Assembly (NCBI GenBank): GCA_016234845.1
Contig: JACRNP010000030.1
Span: 1 to 64,000 of the forward strand
Reading direction: 5' to 3'
DNA: 64,000 bases
Source of the DNA: Deltaproteobacteria bacterium
Lineage (GTDB): Bacteria; Desulfobacterota; Deferrimicrobia; Deferrimicrobiales; Deferrimicrobiaceae
Positions 32,075-41,034 of this stretch are shown here, piece by piece; the stretch's first letter is position 1; each line of letters begins with the position of its first letter. The notes under the pieces were generated by a model that was given only the letters and a program-made list of their open reading frames with translations, had not been told where the DNA came from and made no database searches. Position numbers and translations under genes: made by a program.

Positions 32075-32976
32075 AGGAGAAGCTGGCCCGCCTCCTGCTG
32101 CGGATCCTCGAGTCGGTGCCGCTCCCGCTGCTGGCGGTTTTCTGCGAGACGGTGATGCTCGCGGTCTGGCGGGCGGACCGGAAGCACCGGAGGATCGGAC
32201 GGATCAACCTGCGGATCGCGTTTCCGGAGATGGGGGACGCGGAGGCCGCGCGGATCATCCGGACCTGCTACGTCCGGATGGGCACCGCCGCCGCGGAGTT
32301 CATCCACATCCCGAGGATGGACGACGCTTACGTGCGGGAGCATTTCCGGATCGAGGGGGCAGGGCACGTCCGGGAATCGATGGAGGAGCGGAAGCAGCCC
32401 GCAATGGTCATGACCGGACACTTCGGGAACTGGGAGCTGCTCTCCCACGTCTACGGCCTGAACATCGCCCCCGTCGCGTTCATCGTCCGGCCGCTGAAAA
32501 GCGCGATCCTGGACCGGATCGTGACGGAGCGGAGGGAGTGGGGCGGCAACATCGTCATCCGCAAGGAGGAATCCGCGAAGTCCGTGGTGAAGATCCTGCG
32601 CAGGAACATCCTGGTGGGGATCCTGATCGACCAGAACGTGGACCGTCACAAGGGGGTCCTCGTGGATTTCTTCACGCGCAAGGCGTACACCACGGACGGA
32701 ATCGCGCGGCTGGCGCTGTCCATGCGCGCGGCCGTCCACACCGGATTCATCTTCCGGGATCCGGAGAGGAAATTCCACCACGTGCTCCGGTTCGGCCCAC
32801 CGGTCGCGATCGACTACGACGCTCCGAGGGACGACGAGGTGCTCCGCGTGACGCGGCGGTGCAACGAGGAGCTGGAGAAGGCGATCCGGGAGGCCCCGGA
32901 CCAGTGGCTCTGGTTCCATCGCCGCTGGAAGACGCGCCCCCCCGGGGAGCCGGACATCTACGGGGAGGCGCGTTGA
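32071..32976 (+). CDS. lpxL: Lipid A biosynthesis (Kdo)2-lipid IVA acyltransferase (LpxL/HtrB family)
   Basis: HFGNWE acyltransferase motif; ~300 aa; GTGA overlap with lpxK. Confidence 0.8.
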   Translation: MKEKLARLLLRILESVPLPLLAVFCETVMLAVWRADRKHRRIGRINLRIAFPEMGDAEAARIIRTCYVRMGTAAAEFIHIPRMDDAYVREHFRIEGAGHVRESMEERKQPAMVMTGHFGNWELLSHVYGLNIAPVAFIVRPLKSAILDRIVTERREWGGNIVIRKEESAKSVVKILRRNILVGILIDQNVDRHKGVLVDFFTRKAYTTDGIARLALSMRAAVHTGFIFRDPERKFHHVLRFGPPVAIDYDAPRDDEVLRVTRRCNEELEKAIREAPDQWLWFHRRWKTRPPGEPDIYGEAR

Positions 32977-33551
32977 AAGGGATCGTCTTCCTGGACCGGG
33001 ACGGGACGCTGATCGAGGAGACGGGGTACCTGCGCGACCCCGCCGCGGTCCGGATCCTGCCCGGTGCGGTGGAGGGGCTCCGGAGGCTCGCGGGGAAAGG
33101 GTATCTCCTCGCGGTGGTATCGAACCAGGCCGGACTCGCCCGGGGGAAATTCACCCGCGAGGAGATGGATTCCGTCCACCGGGCATTCCTTTCGGCGTTC
33201 CGCAAGGAGGGGGTCGCCTTCGACGCGTGGGAATACTGCCCGCACCACCCGGAGGGGGTGGTGCCGGAGCTGCGGGTGGCGTGCCCGTGCAGGAAACCCG
33301 GGACCGCGATGGCGGAGTCGATCCTTTTTCGCCTCGGGGTGCCGGAATCGTGCCCCCGGTTCATGGTCGGTGATAAAATGAGCGACATCGCGCTGGGCGC
33401 GCGGATCGGGGCGCGGACGGTCCTCGTGGCGACGGGGTACGGTCGCGAGGAGCGGGAGAAGGGGGAGCGGATGGGCGTCGCGCCGGATGTCTTCCTCCCG
33501 GGGATGCGGGAGGCGGCCTTGTGGATCACGGGCGGGGGCGTCCGGTCGTGA
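32973..33551 (+). CDS. gmhB: D,D-heptose 1,7-bisphosphate phosphatase GmhB (HAD superfamily)
   Basis: IVFLDRDGTLIEE (DxDGT), ...VVSNQ..., CPHHP...CRKP zinc motif, ...GDKMSD; TTGA overlap with lpxL. Confidence 0.88.
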   Translation: MKGIVFLDRDGTLIEETGYLRDPAAVRILPGAVEGLRRLAGKGYLLAVVSNQAGLARGKFTREEMDSVHRAFLSAFRKEGVAFDAWEYCPHHPEGVVPELRVACPCRKPGTAMAESILFRLGVPESCPRFMVGDKMSDIALGARIGARTVLVATGYGREEREKGERMGVAPDVFLPGMREAALWITGGGVRS

Positions 33552-34720
33552 GCCGGCGCGACGGGAGGGGACGCGAGGGCCGTCTTCGCCGGTGCCGGCC
33601 GCTGCTGCTGCTTCCGCTGCTGCTCGCACCCGGCTGTTTCCGCGGTGGCCGGGGAATCGAGGGCGGACCGCCTCCATCGCCGCCCGCGACGGTCCGCGCG
33701 GACGCTCCGGACAATGCCTCGAACTCGTGGATCGATCTCAATCCCGTCGTGGTACGACTCGCGGAACCGGAGGCCGATAACGCCGCGGTAGCGGTGCCGG
33801 CTGCCCCTCCCCCCGATGTCCCGGGGAGGATCCCGCCCGGGGCCCCCGCCGAGGCGAAAGAGGAGCCGGCCGTCACCGACGCTGCGCCCCCCGCGGCGGC
33901 GGAACCGTCGAAGGAAACGCTCCCCCCGGAGATCGGGGAAACCCCGTCGGCGGCACACCCCGTCGCGAAAAAACCGAAACCGCACCCTTCGACGCCGCCA
34001 CCGCCCGAGGCGAAGGGGGCTTCGCCGGCGGCCGGTCCGGCCTGGGCGAACGGGAGGGAGGAGCTCGTCTACCGGGTCGACTTCATCGGGATCACGATGG
34101 GGTACGCCCGCTTCCGCTACCAAGGAAAGGTCGCGGTCGGGGGCAAGGTCGCCTACCACCTGAACGTCCGCGCGTGGACGTCGGGGGTTCTGTCGTACAT
34201 CTACCCCGTGAACGAGACCATCGACTACTACCTCGACGCCGAAACGCTCGCGCCTCTCCGGCAGGAGTTCACCCAGCGGGCGAAGCTGCCGGACGACGTC
34301 GCCACATACGAGCAGGACACGGGGAAGATCACGTACCGGTACCGCCGGACCGGGGAGGTTCGCAAGCGCGTCAACGCCGTCCCGATGGTGTACGACCCGG
34401 TGAGCGCCGCCTACTACTTCCGTTGGCGCGATGTGGGAGGGGACGAGAAGTCGAGGAACGTCTACGCGGGACGAAAGGTGTGGCAGATCTCCGCGCGGGT
34501 GCTCGGCAAGGAGCGGATTCGCACGGAAAACGGCGAAATGGACACCGTCGTCATCCGGCCGGTGATCCGCCGGGACGGGAAGCTGGAGGACAAGGGGGAC
34601 CTGAAGATGTGGCTCTCCAGCGACGAACGACGCGTCCCGGTCCGGCTCTACGCGAAGTTCCGGAAAATCCGGGACTGGACGCTGGTCGGGGAACTGGTTC
34701 CGCAACGGGAGGGAGGGTAG
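33548..34720 (+). CDS. DUF3108-family lipoprotein with Pro/Ala-rich linker
   Basis: Lipoprotein signal ...LLLLPLLLAPGC; ~150-aa P/A/E-rich low-complexity linker; conserved C-terminal domain ELVYRVDFIGITMGYARFRYQ... resembling DUF3108. Confidence 0.65.
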   Translation: MSRRDGRGREGRLRRCRPLLLLPLLLAPGCFRGGRGIEGGPPPSPPATVRADAPDNASNSWIDLNPVVVRLAEPEADNAAVAVPAAPPPDVPGRIPPGAPAEAKEEPAVTDAAPPAAAEPSKETLPPEIGETPSAAHPVAKKPKPHPSTPPPPEAKGASPAAGPAWANGREELVYRVDFIGITMGYARFRYQGKVAVGGKVAYHLNVRAWTSGVLSYIYPVNETIDYYLDAETLAPLRQEFTQRAKLPDDVATYEQDTGKITYRYRRTGEVRKRVNAVPMVYDPVSAAYYFRWRDVGGDEKSRNVYAGRKVWQISARVLGKERIRTENGEMDTVVIRPVIRRDGKLEDKGDLKMWLSSDERRVPVRLYAKFRKIRDWTLVGELVPQREGG

Positions 34721-34723
34721 ACA

Positions 34724-34887
34724 TGGACAAGGAGCTGCTGGAGATCCTTGCGTGCCCGAAGTGCAAGGGGGAGCTCGTCCTCACCGCCGACGAATCGGAG
34801 CTGCGGTGCGCGACGTGCCGTCTCTCGTACCGGATCGACGACGGCATCCCCATCCTGCTGATCGACGAGGCGACCGCGTATGAATGA
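34724..34887 (+). CDS. Trm112/YcaR-family small zinc-ribbon protein (UPF0434)
   Basis: 54 aa MDKELLEILACPKCKGELVL...LRCATCRLSYRIDDGIPILLIDEA; ycaR neighbours lpxK/kdsB in E. coli. Confidence 0.8.
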
Positions 34888-35905
34888 CGTTTCCCCCCTG
34901 TCCCGTGCCGCCGGGCTGATCGCCCGGTTCCCGAAGTGCCGCGTGCTCGTGGTGGGCGACGTCATGCTCGACGAGTACGTGTTCGGGACGGTGGGAAGGA
35001 TCTCGCCGGAGGCGCCCGTACCCGTGGTGGCGGTCACGCGCGACGCGCGGATTCCCGGAGGGGCGGCGAACGTGGCGTTGAACCTGTCGGGACTCCGTGT
35101 CGGGGTGGAGCTGGCGGGCCTCGTGGGCGATGATGCGGCGGGGAGGGACGTGGCGCGGATGCTCCGCCGCCGGCGGGTCGGCGTTTCCGCGCTCGTGCCG
35201 GAACCCGACCGCCAGACCACGGTGAAGACGCGGGTGATCGCGCACAGCCAGCAGGTGGTGCGGGTCGACCGGGAACGGAACACCCCTCCCTCCCGAAAGA
35301 CGTGCGAGGCGCTCCGGAAGAAGGTGATGGGGATGCTCCCGCGGGTGCAGGGGGTGGTTTTTTCGGATTATCGGAAGGGGGCGCTGTCCGAGGATCTGGT
35401 CCGCGAGGTCACGGACGCCGCCCGGAAGGCGGGCCTGTTCGTGGCGGTGGATCCGAAGCGGAACGACTTCGCGTTCTATCGCGGCTGCACGCTGATCACC
35501 CCGAACAAGGGAGAGGCGCAGGCGGCCCTCGGGGGACGCGAGCTTCGATCCGACCTCGAGGTGTGGGAGGCGGGAAGGGAGCTGCTTCGCAGGAGCCGCT
35601 CCGCGGCGATCCTCATCACGCGCGGGGAGGAGGGGATGACCCTCGTCGAGCGCGGCAGGAACGCCTGCTTCCACGTCCCCGCGTTCGCGCGGGAGGTGTT
35701 CGACGTGACGGGAGCGGGGGACACGGTGATCGGGACCCTGGCCTCGTGCCTCGCCGCGGGCGCTTCGATGCGGGAGGCCGCCGTGCTGGCGAACGTGGCG
35801 GCGAGCGTTGTCGTCGGCGAGGTCGGCACCTCCCCGATCACCGCGGAGAAGCTCCTTCGGGCGGTCCGCGCGCGGGCGCTCGATCCGGACGTCGGTAAGC
35901 GGTGA
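34880..35905 (+). CDS. hldE: D-glycero-beta-D-manno-heptose-7-phosphate kinase (HldE/RfaE domain I only; PfkB family)
   Basis: VLVVGDVMLDEYVFGTVGRISPEAPVPVV...GGAANVALNL closely parallels E. coli HldE N-domain; C-terminal GAGDT motif. Confidence 0.85.
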   Translation: MNDVSPLSRAAGLIARFPKCRVLVVGDVMLDEYVFGTVGRISPEAPVPVVAVTRDARIPGGAANVALNLSGLRVGVELAGLVGDDAAGRDVARMLRRRRVGVSALVPEPDRQTTVKTRVIAHSQQVVRVDRERNTPPSRKTCEALRKKVMGMLPRVQGVVFSDYRKGALSEDLVREVTDAARKAGLFVAVDPKRNDFAFYRGCTLITPNKGEAQAALGGRELRSDLEVWEAGRELLRRSRSAAILITRGEEGMTLVERGRNACFHVPAFAREVFDVTGAGDTVIGTLASCLAAGASMREAAVLANVAASVVVGEVGTSPITAEKLLRAVRARALDPDVGKR

Positions 35906-36447
35906 GCGTCCGTTCGGCACCGGGCCCCGGAAGGATCGTCGTATCCGCGATCTATCGCGAGCCGAGGGCCTTCGAAGCGGCGATCCCGAGGATGGCGAAG
36001 CTCCTCGGGGAGATCCGGCCCGCGGGCGAACCCCTTCCGTTCGACTGGACCGACTACTACGCGGCCGAGATGGGGTCGCCGCTATCCCGTCGGTTCCTGG
36101 TCGCCGTCGACCCGGTCCGGAGGGACTCCCTGCCGGGGATCAAGGTGGGGCTCGAGGCGATCGAGCGAGAGCTGTCGGTGGCGGGCCGGCGGACGGTGAA
36201 CCTCGACCCGGGGCTGGTGACGCCGGAGAATTTCGTGCTGGCGACGGCGAAGAACTTCACGCACCGGGTGTACCTGGGCGAGGGGGTGTTCGCGGAGCTG
36301 ACGCTGGAGTATCGCGGCGGGGAGTTTCGCCCGCAGCCGTGGACGTACCCGGACTACGCATCGAACGAGGTCCGCGCGTTGCTTGCGTCGGTCCGGCGGG
36401 AGATGCTGTACGGCCGCGCGTCCGAAGGGAGCAGGACATGTGGATGA
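35902..36447 (+). CDS. Conserved hypothetical protein (possibly DUF4416-like)
   Basis: 181-aa ORF translationally coupled (GTGA) to hldE; no recognisable catalytic motif. Confidence 0.5.
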   Translation: MSVRSAPGPGRIVVSAIYREPRAFEAAIPRMAKLLGEIRPAGEPLPFDWTDYYAAEMGSPLSRRFLVAVDPVRRDSLPGIKVGLEAIERELSVAGRRTVNLDPGLVTPENFVLATAKNFTHRVYLGEGVFAELTLEYRGGEFRPQPWTYPDYASNEVRALLASVRREMLYGRASEGSRTCG

Positions 36448-37322
36448 GCATGACCGGGTTCGGCCGCGGGGAGCGGCATGGAGAGGAGGTCTCCGTCTCC
36501 GTGGACGTCCGCTCGGTGAACCACCGGTTCCTCGACGTGCACACCCGGTGTCCTTCCCGCTTTCTGTCCTGGGAGCCTCGACTGCGGGGAATGGCCCGGG
36601 ACGTCCTGCGCCGGGGGAAGGTGGACCTCCATGTGAACGTGCGGGAGTGGGGGAGGCTCGGCGCCGCGCTTCGCGTGAACCGGGGACTCCTTTCGGCGTT
36701 CCTCGACGAGGCGGCCCGGATCCGGAAGGAGTACGGGGTGGGGAGCGAGGTGACCGTCGGCGACCTGCTCGCCGTGCCGGACCTCTTCCAGGTGGCGCCG
36801 GACGGGGACGACCCGGCCGAGATCCTCTGGCCGCTTGCGGAGGGCGCCGCGAAAGACGCCCTTGCGATGCTCGCCGGATCGCGCGCCGGGGAGGGGGAAC
36901 GCCTCAAGGAGATCGTCCGGGCCAACGTTTCCCTCCTCGCCGCGATGGCCGGAGAGATCCGGTCGCTGGCGGAGGAAAACCGGTCCCTTGCCGCCGCCCG
37001 CTTCCGGGAACGGATCGCGGCGCTCTCCGGGGAGGCGGGGACCGATCCGGTCCGCGTCGCCCAGGAGGCGGCGATCCTGATCGACCGGCTCGACATCACG
37101 GAGGAGTGCGACCGGCTGGGCGTGCACCTGGCCGCCGCGGAAGCCCTCTTCCGGACGCCCGGCGACGCGGTGGGGAAGCGGTTCGACTTCCTCGTGCAGG
37201 AGATCTTCCGCGAGCTCAACACGGCCGGCGCCAAATCGGCGCACGCCGGGGTCTCCGCGCTGGTCGTCTCCGCGAAAACCGAGCTCGAGAAGGTCCGCGA
37301 GCAGATCCAGAACGTGGAGTGA
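36438..37322 (+). CDS. yicC: YicC-family stress-induced protein
   Basis: MWMSMTGFGRGE...SVNHRFLDV... N-domain and C-terminal helical domain; yicC-gmk-rpoZ-spoT synteny. Confidence 0.85.
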   Translation: MWMSMTGFGRGERHGEEVSVSVDVRSVNHRFLDVHTRCPSRFLSWEPRLRGMARDVLRRGKVDLHVNVREWGRLGAALRVNRGLLSAFLDEAARIRKEYGVGSEVTVGDLLAVPDLFQVAPDGDDPAEILWPLAEGAAKDALAMLAGSRAGEGERLKEIVRANVSLLAAMAGEIRSLAEENRSLAAARFRERIAALSGEAGTDPVRVAQEAAILIDRLDITEECDRLGVHLAAAEALFRTPGDAVGKRFDFLVQEIFRELNTAGAKSAHAGVSALVVSAKTELEKVREQIQNVE

Positions 37323-37324
37323 GC

Positions 37325-37936
37325 ATGGAGCGCGGCGACATCTTCGTGATATCGGCCCCTTCGGGGTCCGGAAAGACCACGATCTGCAGGGCCGTCCTGG
37401 ATCGCGTGGATCGGCTCTCCCTGTCCATCTCCTACACGACGCGCGGGAGAAAGCCCGGGGAGACCCACGGGGTGGATTATTATTTCGTGGATGAGCAGGA
37501 ATTTGATAAAATGGTGAAATCGAAAGAGTTTCTGGAATGGGCAGCCGTCTACGGGAATCGGTACGGGACCGCCCGTTCCACGGTCGACGCGATCGTCTCC
37601 CGCGGGGACGACGCGGTGCTCGAGATCGACGTCCAGGGAGGCCGATCCGTGAAGGCGGCCGTTCCGGGGGCGGTGCTGATCGGCATCCTCCCCCCCGACC
37701 GGGAGACGTTGCGGGAGCGGCTCTACGGACGCGGGAGGGACAGCCGGGAAGAGATGGAACGCCGGCTCGAGGCGGCGCGGAGGGAGATCGCCGAGCTGAA
37801 GGGGTACGACTACCTGGTGGTGAACGAGGAGCTCGAGACGGCGGTCCGGCAGGTCGAGTGGATCATCCGCGCGCGGCGGCTTCGCATGAAGCGGAAGGCC
37901 GCCGCCGTGGACCGGATTCTATCGGATAACGGGTAA
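37325..37936 (+). CDS. gmk: Guanylate kinase
   Basis: P-loop ISAPSGSGKTT; ...YTTRGRKPGE... Confidence 0.93.
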   Translation: MERGDIFVISAPSGSGKTTICRAVLDRVDRLSLSISYTTRGRKPGETHGVDYYFVDEQEFDKMVKSKEFLEWAAVYGNRYGTARSTVDAIVSRGDDAVLEIDVQGGRSVKAAVPGAVLIGILPPDRETLRERLYGRGRDSREEMERRLEAARREIAELKGYDYLVVNEELETAVRQVEWIIRARRLRMKRKAAAVDRILSDNG

Positions 37937-37964
37937 CGGATAACGGGAAAAGGAGAGTGACGGG

Positions 37965-38156
37965 ATGGCTCGCGTAACGGTGGAGGATTGTCTAAGGCAG
38001 GTCAACAGCCACTTCCAGCTCACGGTGGTCGCCGCGCGGCGCGCGAAGCAGCTCTATTCGGGCGCGGGCGCCACGATCGACACCACGGCGCGCAAGGAGA
38101 AGCCGACCGTCGTCGCGCTTCGCGAGATCGCCCAAGGGAAGGTCCGGGTAAAATAG
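37965..38156 (+). CDS. rpoZ: DNA-directed RNA polymerase subunit omega
   Basis: MARVTVEDCL...SHFQLTVVAARRAKQL. Confidence 0.92.
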   Translation: MARVTVEDCLRQVNSHFQLTVVAARRAKQLYSGAGATIDTTARKEKPTVVALREIAQGKVRVK

Positions 38157-38178
38157 CGCCGGGGCGGGCGGCGACGCT

Positions 38179-40323
38179 TTGCTCCGTCTCATGGACATCG
38201 TGGACCGGGTGCAGGCCGCCCGGCCTTCCGCCAACGTGGAGCTCATCCACAAGGCGTACGTTTTCACGGCGAAGGTCCACCACGGGCAGGTTCGCCAGTC
38301 CGGCGAGCCGTACCTGATCCACCCCCTGAACGTGGCGTACCTCCTCGCCGACTGGAACCTCGACGAGGAGACCGTCGCCACGGGCCTCCTCCACGACACC
38401 GTGGAGGACACCGTCGCCACCAACGAGGAGATCCGGGACCTCTTCGGGGAGTCGGTCGCCGTCCTCGTGGACGGCGTCACCAAGATCAGCCGGGTGGATC
38501 TCTCCGACGCCGCCGCCCAGAAGGCGGAGTCGCTGCGGAAGATGATCCTCGCGATGGGGAAGGACCTCCGGGTCATCCTCGTCAAGCTCGCCGACCGTCT
38601 CCACAACCTTCGGACCCTGAGACACCTTCCCCCCGAGAAGCAGGCGTCCATCGCCCGCGAGACGATCGAGATCTACTCCCCGATCGCGTCCCGGCTGGGG
38701 ATGTCCCGGATCCGCGCGGAGCTCGAGGACCGCTGCTTCGAGGTGCTCCACCCCGAGCAGTACGCCGTGCTCGCCCGCCAGGCCGACGAGCGGAAGCGGA
38801 ACCGCGAGGCGCACGTCCGCACGGTCATCGCGCTCCTCGAATCCAAGTGCCGGGAGGCCGGAATCGAGGCCTCGGTGACCGGCCGTTCGAAGCACCTGGC
38901 CGGCATCTTCCAGAAGATGAACCGGCAGGGGATCGACTTCGAGCACGTCTACGACTTCATCGGGTTCCGGATCATCACGAAGACGCTTCGGGAATGTTAC
39001 GAGGCGCTGGGGATCGTGCACAACCTGTGGAAGCCGGTGCCCGGGCGGTTCAAGGACTACATCGCGATGCCGAAGGCGAACCTGTACCAGTCGCTCCACA
39101 CGACGGTCTTCGGGCCCAATGCGGAGATGATGGAGATCCAGATCCGGACCGAGGAGATGCACGCGCTCGCCGAAAACGGCGTCGCGGCCCACTGGAAATA
39201 CAAGGAGGGACGCCGCACCGGCGACAAGGAAGACCAGATGTTCCTCTGGCTGCGCCAGATCCTCGAGCTGCAGCAGGACATGAAGGACCCCCGGGAGTTC
39301 CTGAACACCGTCAAGGTGGAGCTGTTTCCGGACGAGGTGTACGTCTTCACCCCGCGCGGAGACGTGAAGGAATTGCCGCGGGGCGCCACGCCGATCGACT
39401 TCGCCTACGCCATCCACACCGAGGTCGGGAACACGTGCGTGGGGGCCAAGGTGAACGGGCGGATGGTCCCGCTCCGGACGGGATTGAAGAACGGCGACGT
39501 CGTCGAGATCGTCACCCAGCCGTCCCACAAGCCGAGCAGGGACTGGCTCAAAGTCGCCAAGACCAGCCGGGCGCTGAACAAGATCCGCGCGGTGCTCCGG
39601 CAGGAGCAGATGGAACAGTCTCTCGACCTCGGGAAGCAGATCATCGAGAAGGAGTTCCGGAAATACTCCCTGAACCCGAACAAGGTGATGAAGGGTCCGG
39701 AATTCGCCGAGACGCTCGCGGAGAGCCGGTGCAGGACCGCGGAGGATTACCAGATGGCGCTGGGGTACGGGAAGGTTTCGATCCTTCCGCTTCTTCGCCG
39801 GCTGGTGCCCCCGGAGCAGCTCCAGGAGAAGACGAAGGAGTCCCGCCTCTCCACGCTCATCCGGAAGGTGGTGTCGCGGAAACCGAGCTCCATCGTGGTC
39901 AAGGGGATGGACGGGATCTTCATCCGGCTCGGCAACTGCTGCCACCCGGTGCCGGGGGACCCGATCGTCGGCTTCATCACCCGCGGCCGGGGCGTGACGA
40001 TCCATTCGAAGGAGTGCCCGAAGATCCTGGAGATCGATCCGGCCCGGGCGATCGAGGTGTCGTGGGAGGAGGGGACCAAAGCGGTCCACCCGGTGAAGCT
40101 CCGGGTGGTGTGCGCGGACAAGCCGGGCCTGCTGGCGGACATTTCCCGCACGATCACCACCAGCGACGTGGACATCCGGCGGGCGTCGGTCACCACCACG
40201 CGCGACAAGCGCGCGATCTGCAACTTCGAGGTGTCGGTCCACGACGCCGGCCACCTCTCCTCCCTGATCAAGTCGATCGGAAAGGTCCGGGGGGTCCACT
40301 CCGTGGAGAGAGGAAGGGGATGA
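38179..40323 (+). CDS. spoT: Bifunctional (p)ppGpp synthetase/hydrolase (RelA/SpoT homolog)
   Basis: 714 aa; HD hydrolase (HPLNVAYLLAD..LLHDTVEDT), synthetase (RIKTLRE-like region), TGS and ACT domains. Confidence 0.93.
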   Translation: MLRLMDIVDRVQAARPSANVELIHKAYVFTAKVHHGQVRQSGEPYLIHPLNVAYLLADWNLDEETVATGLLHDTVEDTVATNEEIRDLFGESVAVLVDGVTKISRVDLSDAAAQKAESLRKMILAMGKDLRVILVKLADRLHNLRTLRHLPPEKQASIARETIEIYSPIASRLGMSRIRAELEDRCFEVLHPEQYAVLARQADERKRNREAHVRTVIALLESKCREAGIEASVTGRSKHLAGIFQKMNRQGIDFEHVYDFIGFRIITKTLRECYEALGIVHNLWKPVPGRFKDYIAMPKANLYQSLHTTVFGPNAEMMEIQIRTEEMHALAENGVAAHWKYKEGRRTGDKEDQMFLWLRQILELQQDMKDPREFLNTVKVELFPDEVYVFTPRGDVKELPRGATPIDFAYAIHTEVGNTCVGAKVNGRMVPLRTGLKNGDVVEIVTQPSHKPSRDWLKVAKTSRALNKIRAVLRQEQMEQSLDLGKQIIEKEFRKYSLNPNKVMKGPEFAETLAESRCRTAEDYQMALGYGKVSILPLLRRLVPPEQLQEKTKESRLSTLIRKVVSRKPSSIVVKGMDGIFIRLGNCCHPVPGDPIVGFITRGRGVTIHSKECPKILEIDPARAIEVSWEEGTKAVHPVKLRVVCADKPGLLADISRTITTSDVDIRRASVTTTRDKRAICNFEVSVHDAGHLSSLIKSIGKVRGVHSVERGRG

Positions 40324-40324
40324 G

Positions 40325-40711
40325 ATGCGAACGACGGTGAAAACGGAAAAGGCCCCCGCGGCGATCGGGCCGTACTCCCAGGCGGTCCGGTGCGGGGGGT
40401 TCCTGTTCTGCTCCGGACAGATCCCGCTGGATCCCGCGACGGGAAAGATCGTGGAGGGGGGAATCGCGGAGCAGACGGAGAGGGTGCTGGCCAACCTTGC
40501 GGCGGTCCTGGCCGCCGGGGGGTCTTCGCCCGCCTCCGTGGTGAAGACGACCGTCTACCTTACCGACCTGGCGGAGTTTCCGGCGATGAACGAGGTCTAC
40601 AAGCGGTTTTTTCCCGGTGAGCCGCCGGCCAGGGCCACCGTGGAGGTTTCGAAGTTGCCGGCGGGGGCGCGTGTGGAGGTCGAGGCAATAGCAACAGTAG
40701 AGACTACATGA
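40325..40711 (+). CDS. ridA: RidA/YjgF-family reactive enamine/imine deaminase
   Basis: 128 aa ...APAAIGPYSQAV...PARATVEV..LP.GA.VE... Confidence 0.88.
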   Translation: MRTTVKTEKAPAAIGPYSQAVRCGGFLFCSGQIPLDPATGKIVEGGIAEQTERVLANLAAVLAAGGSSPASVVKTTVYLTDLAEFPAMNEVYKRFFPGEPPARATVEVSKLPAGARVEVEAIATVETT

Positions 40712-40801
40712 AACCGGGGGGGCATCCATGCCCGCCTCGACACTAGGCCATCCATGACTAAGCCATCCATGGCGGTCGTCGATGTCGCGATGGGAGGAAG
40801 T

Positions 40802-40990
40802 TCAGACGGCCTTGGCCACCTTTCCGGACTTGATGCACTGCGTGCAGACGTTCACGTGCCGGACGGTGCCGTTGGTGACCGCCTTTACCCGCTGGATGTT
40901 CGGACGCCACACCTTCGCCGTCCGGTTGTTGGCGTGGGAAACGTTGTGCCCGAAGCTCGGGCCCTTGCCGCAGATCGCGCACTTTGCCAT
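40802..40990 (-). CDS. rpmB: 50S ribosomal protein L28
   Basis: MAKCAICGKGPSFGHNVSHANNRTAKVWRPNIQRVK; 62 aa. Confidence 0.93.
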   Translation of the reverse strand: MAKCAICGKGPSFGHNVSHANNRTAKVWRPNIQRVKAVTNGTVRHVNVCTQCIKSGKVAKAV

Positions 40991-41034
40991 GGGAACCTCC
41001 GTGATATGAACCTTGAATATCTACCACTCCTTGC

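Noticed and set aside
38020-40494. 824-aa minus-strand ORF antisense to spoT.
   Set aside because: Low-complexity R/P/A/G-rich translation with no domain signature, fully overlapping well-supported spoT; high-GC antisense artefact.
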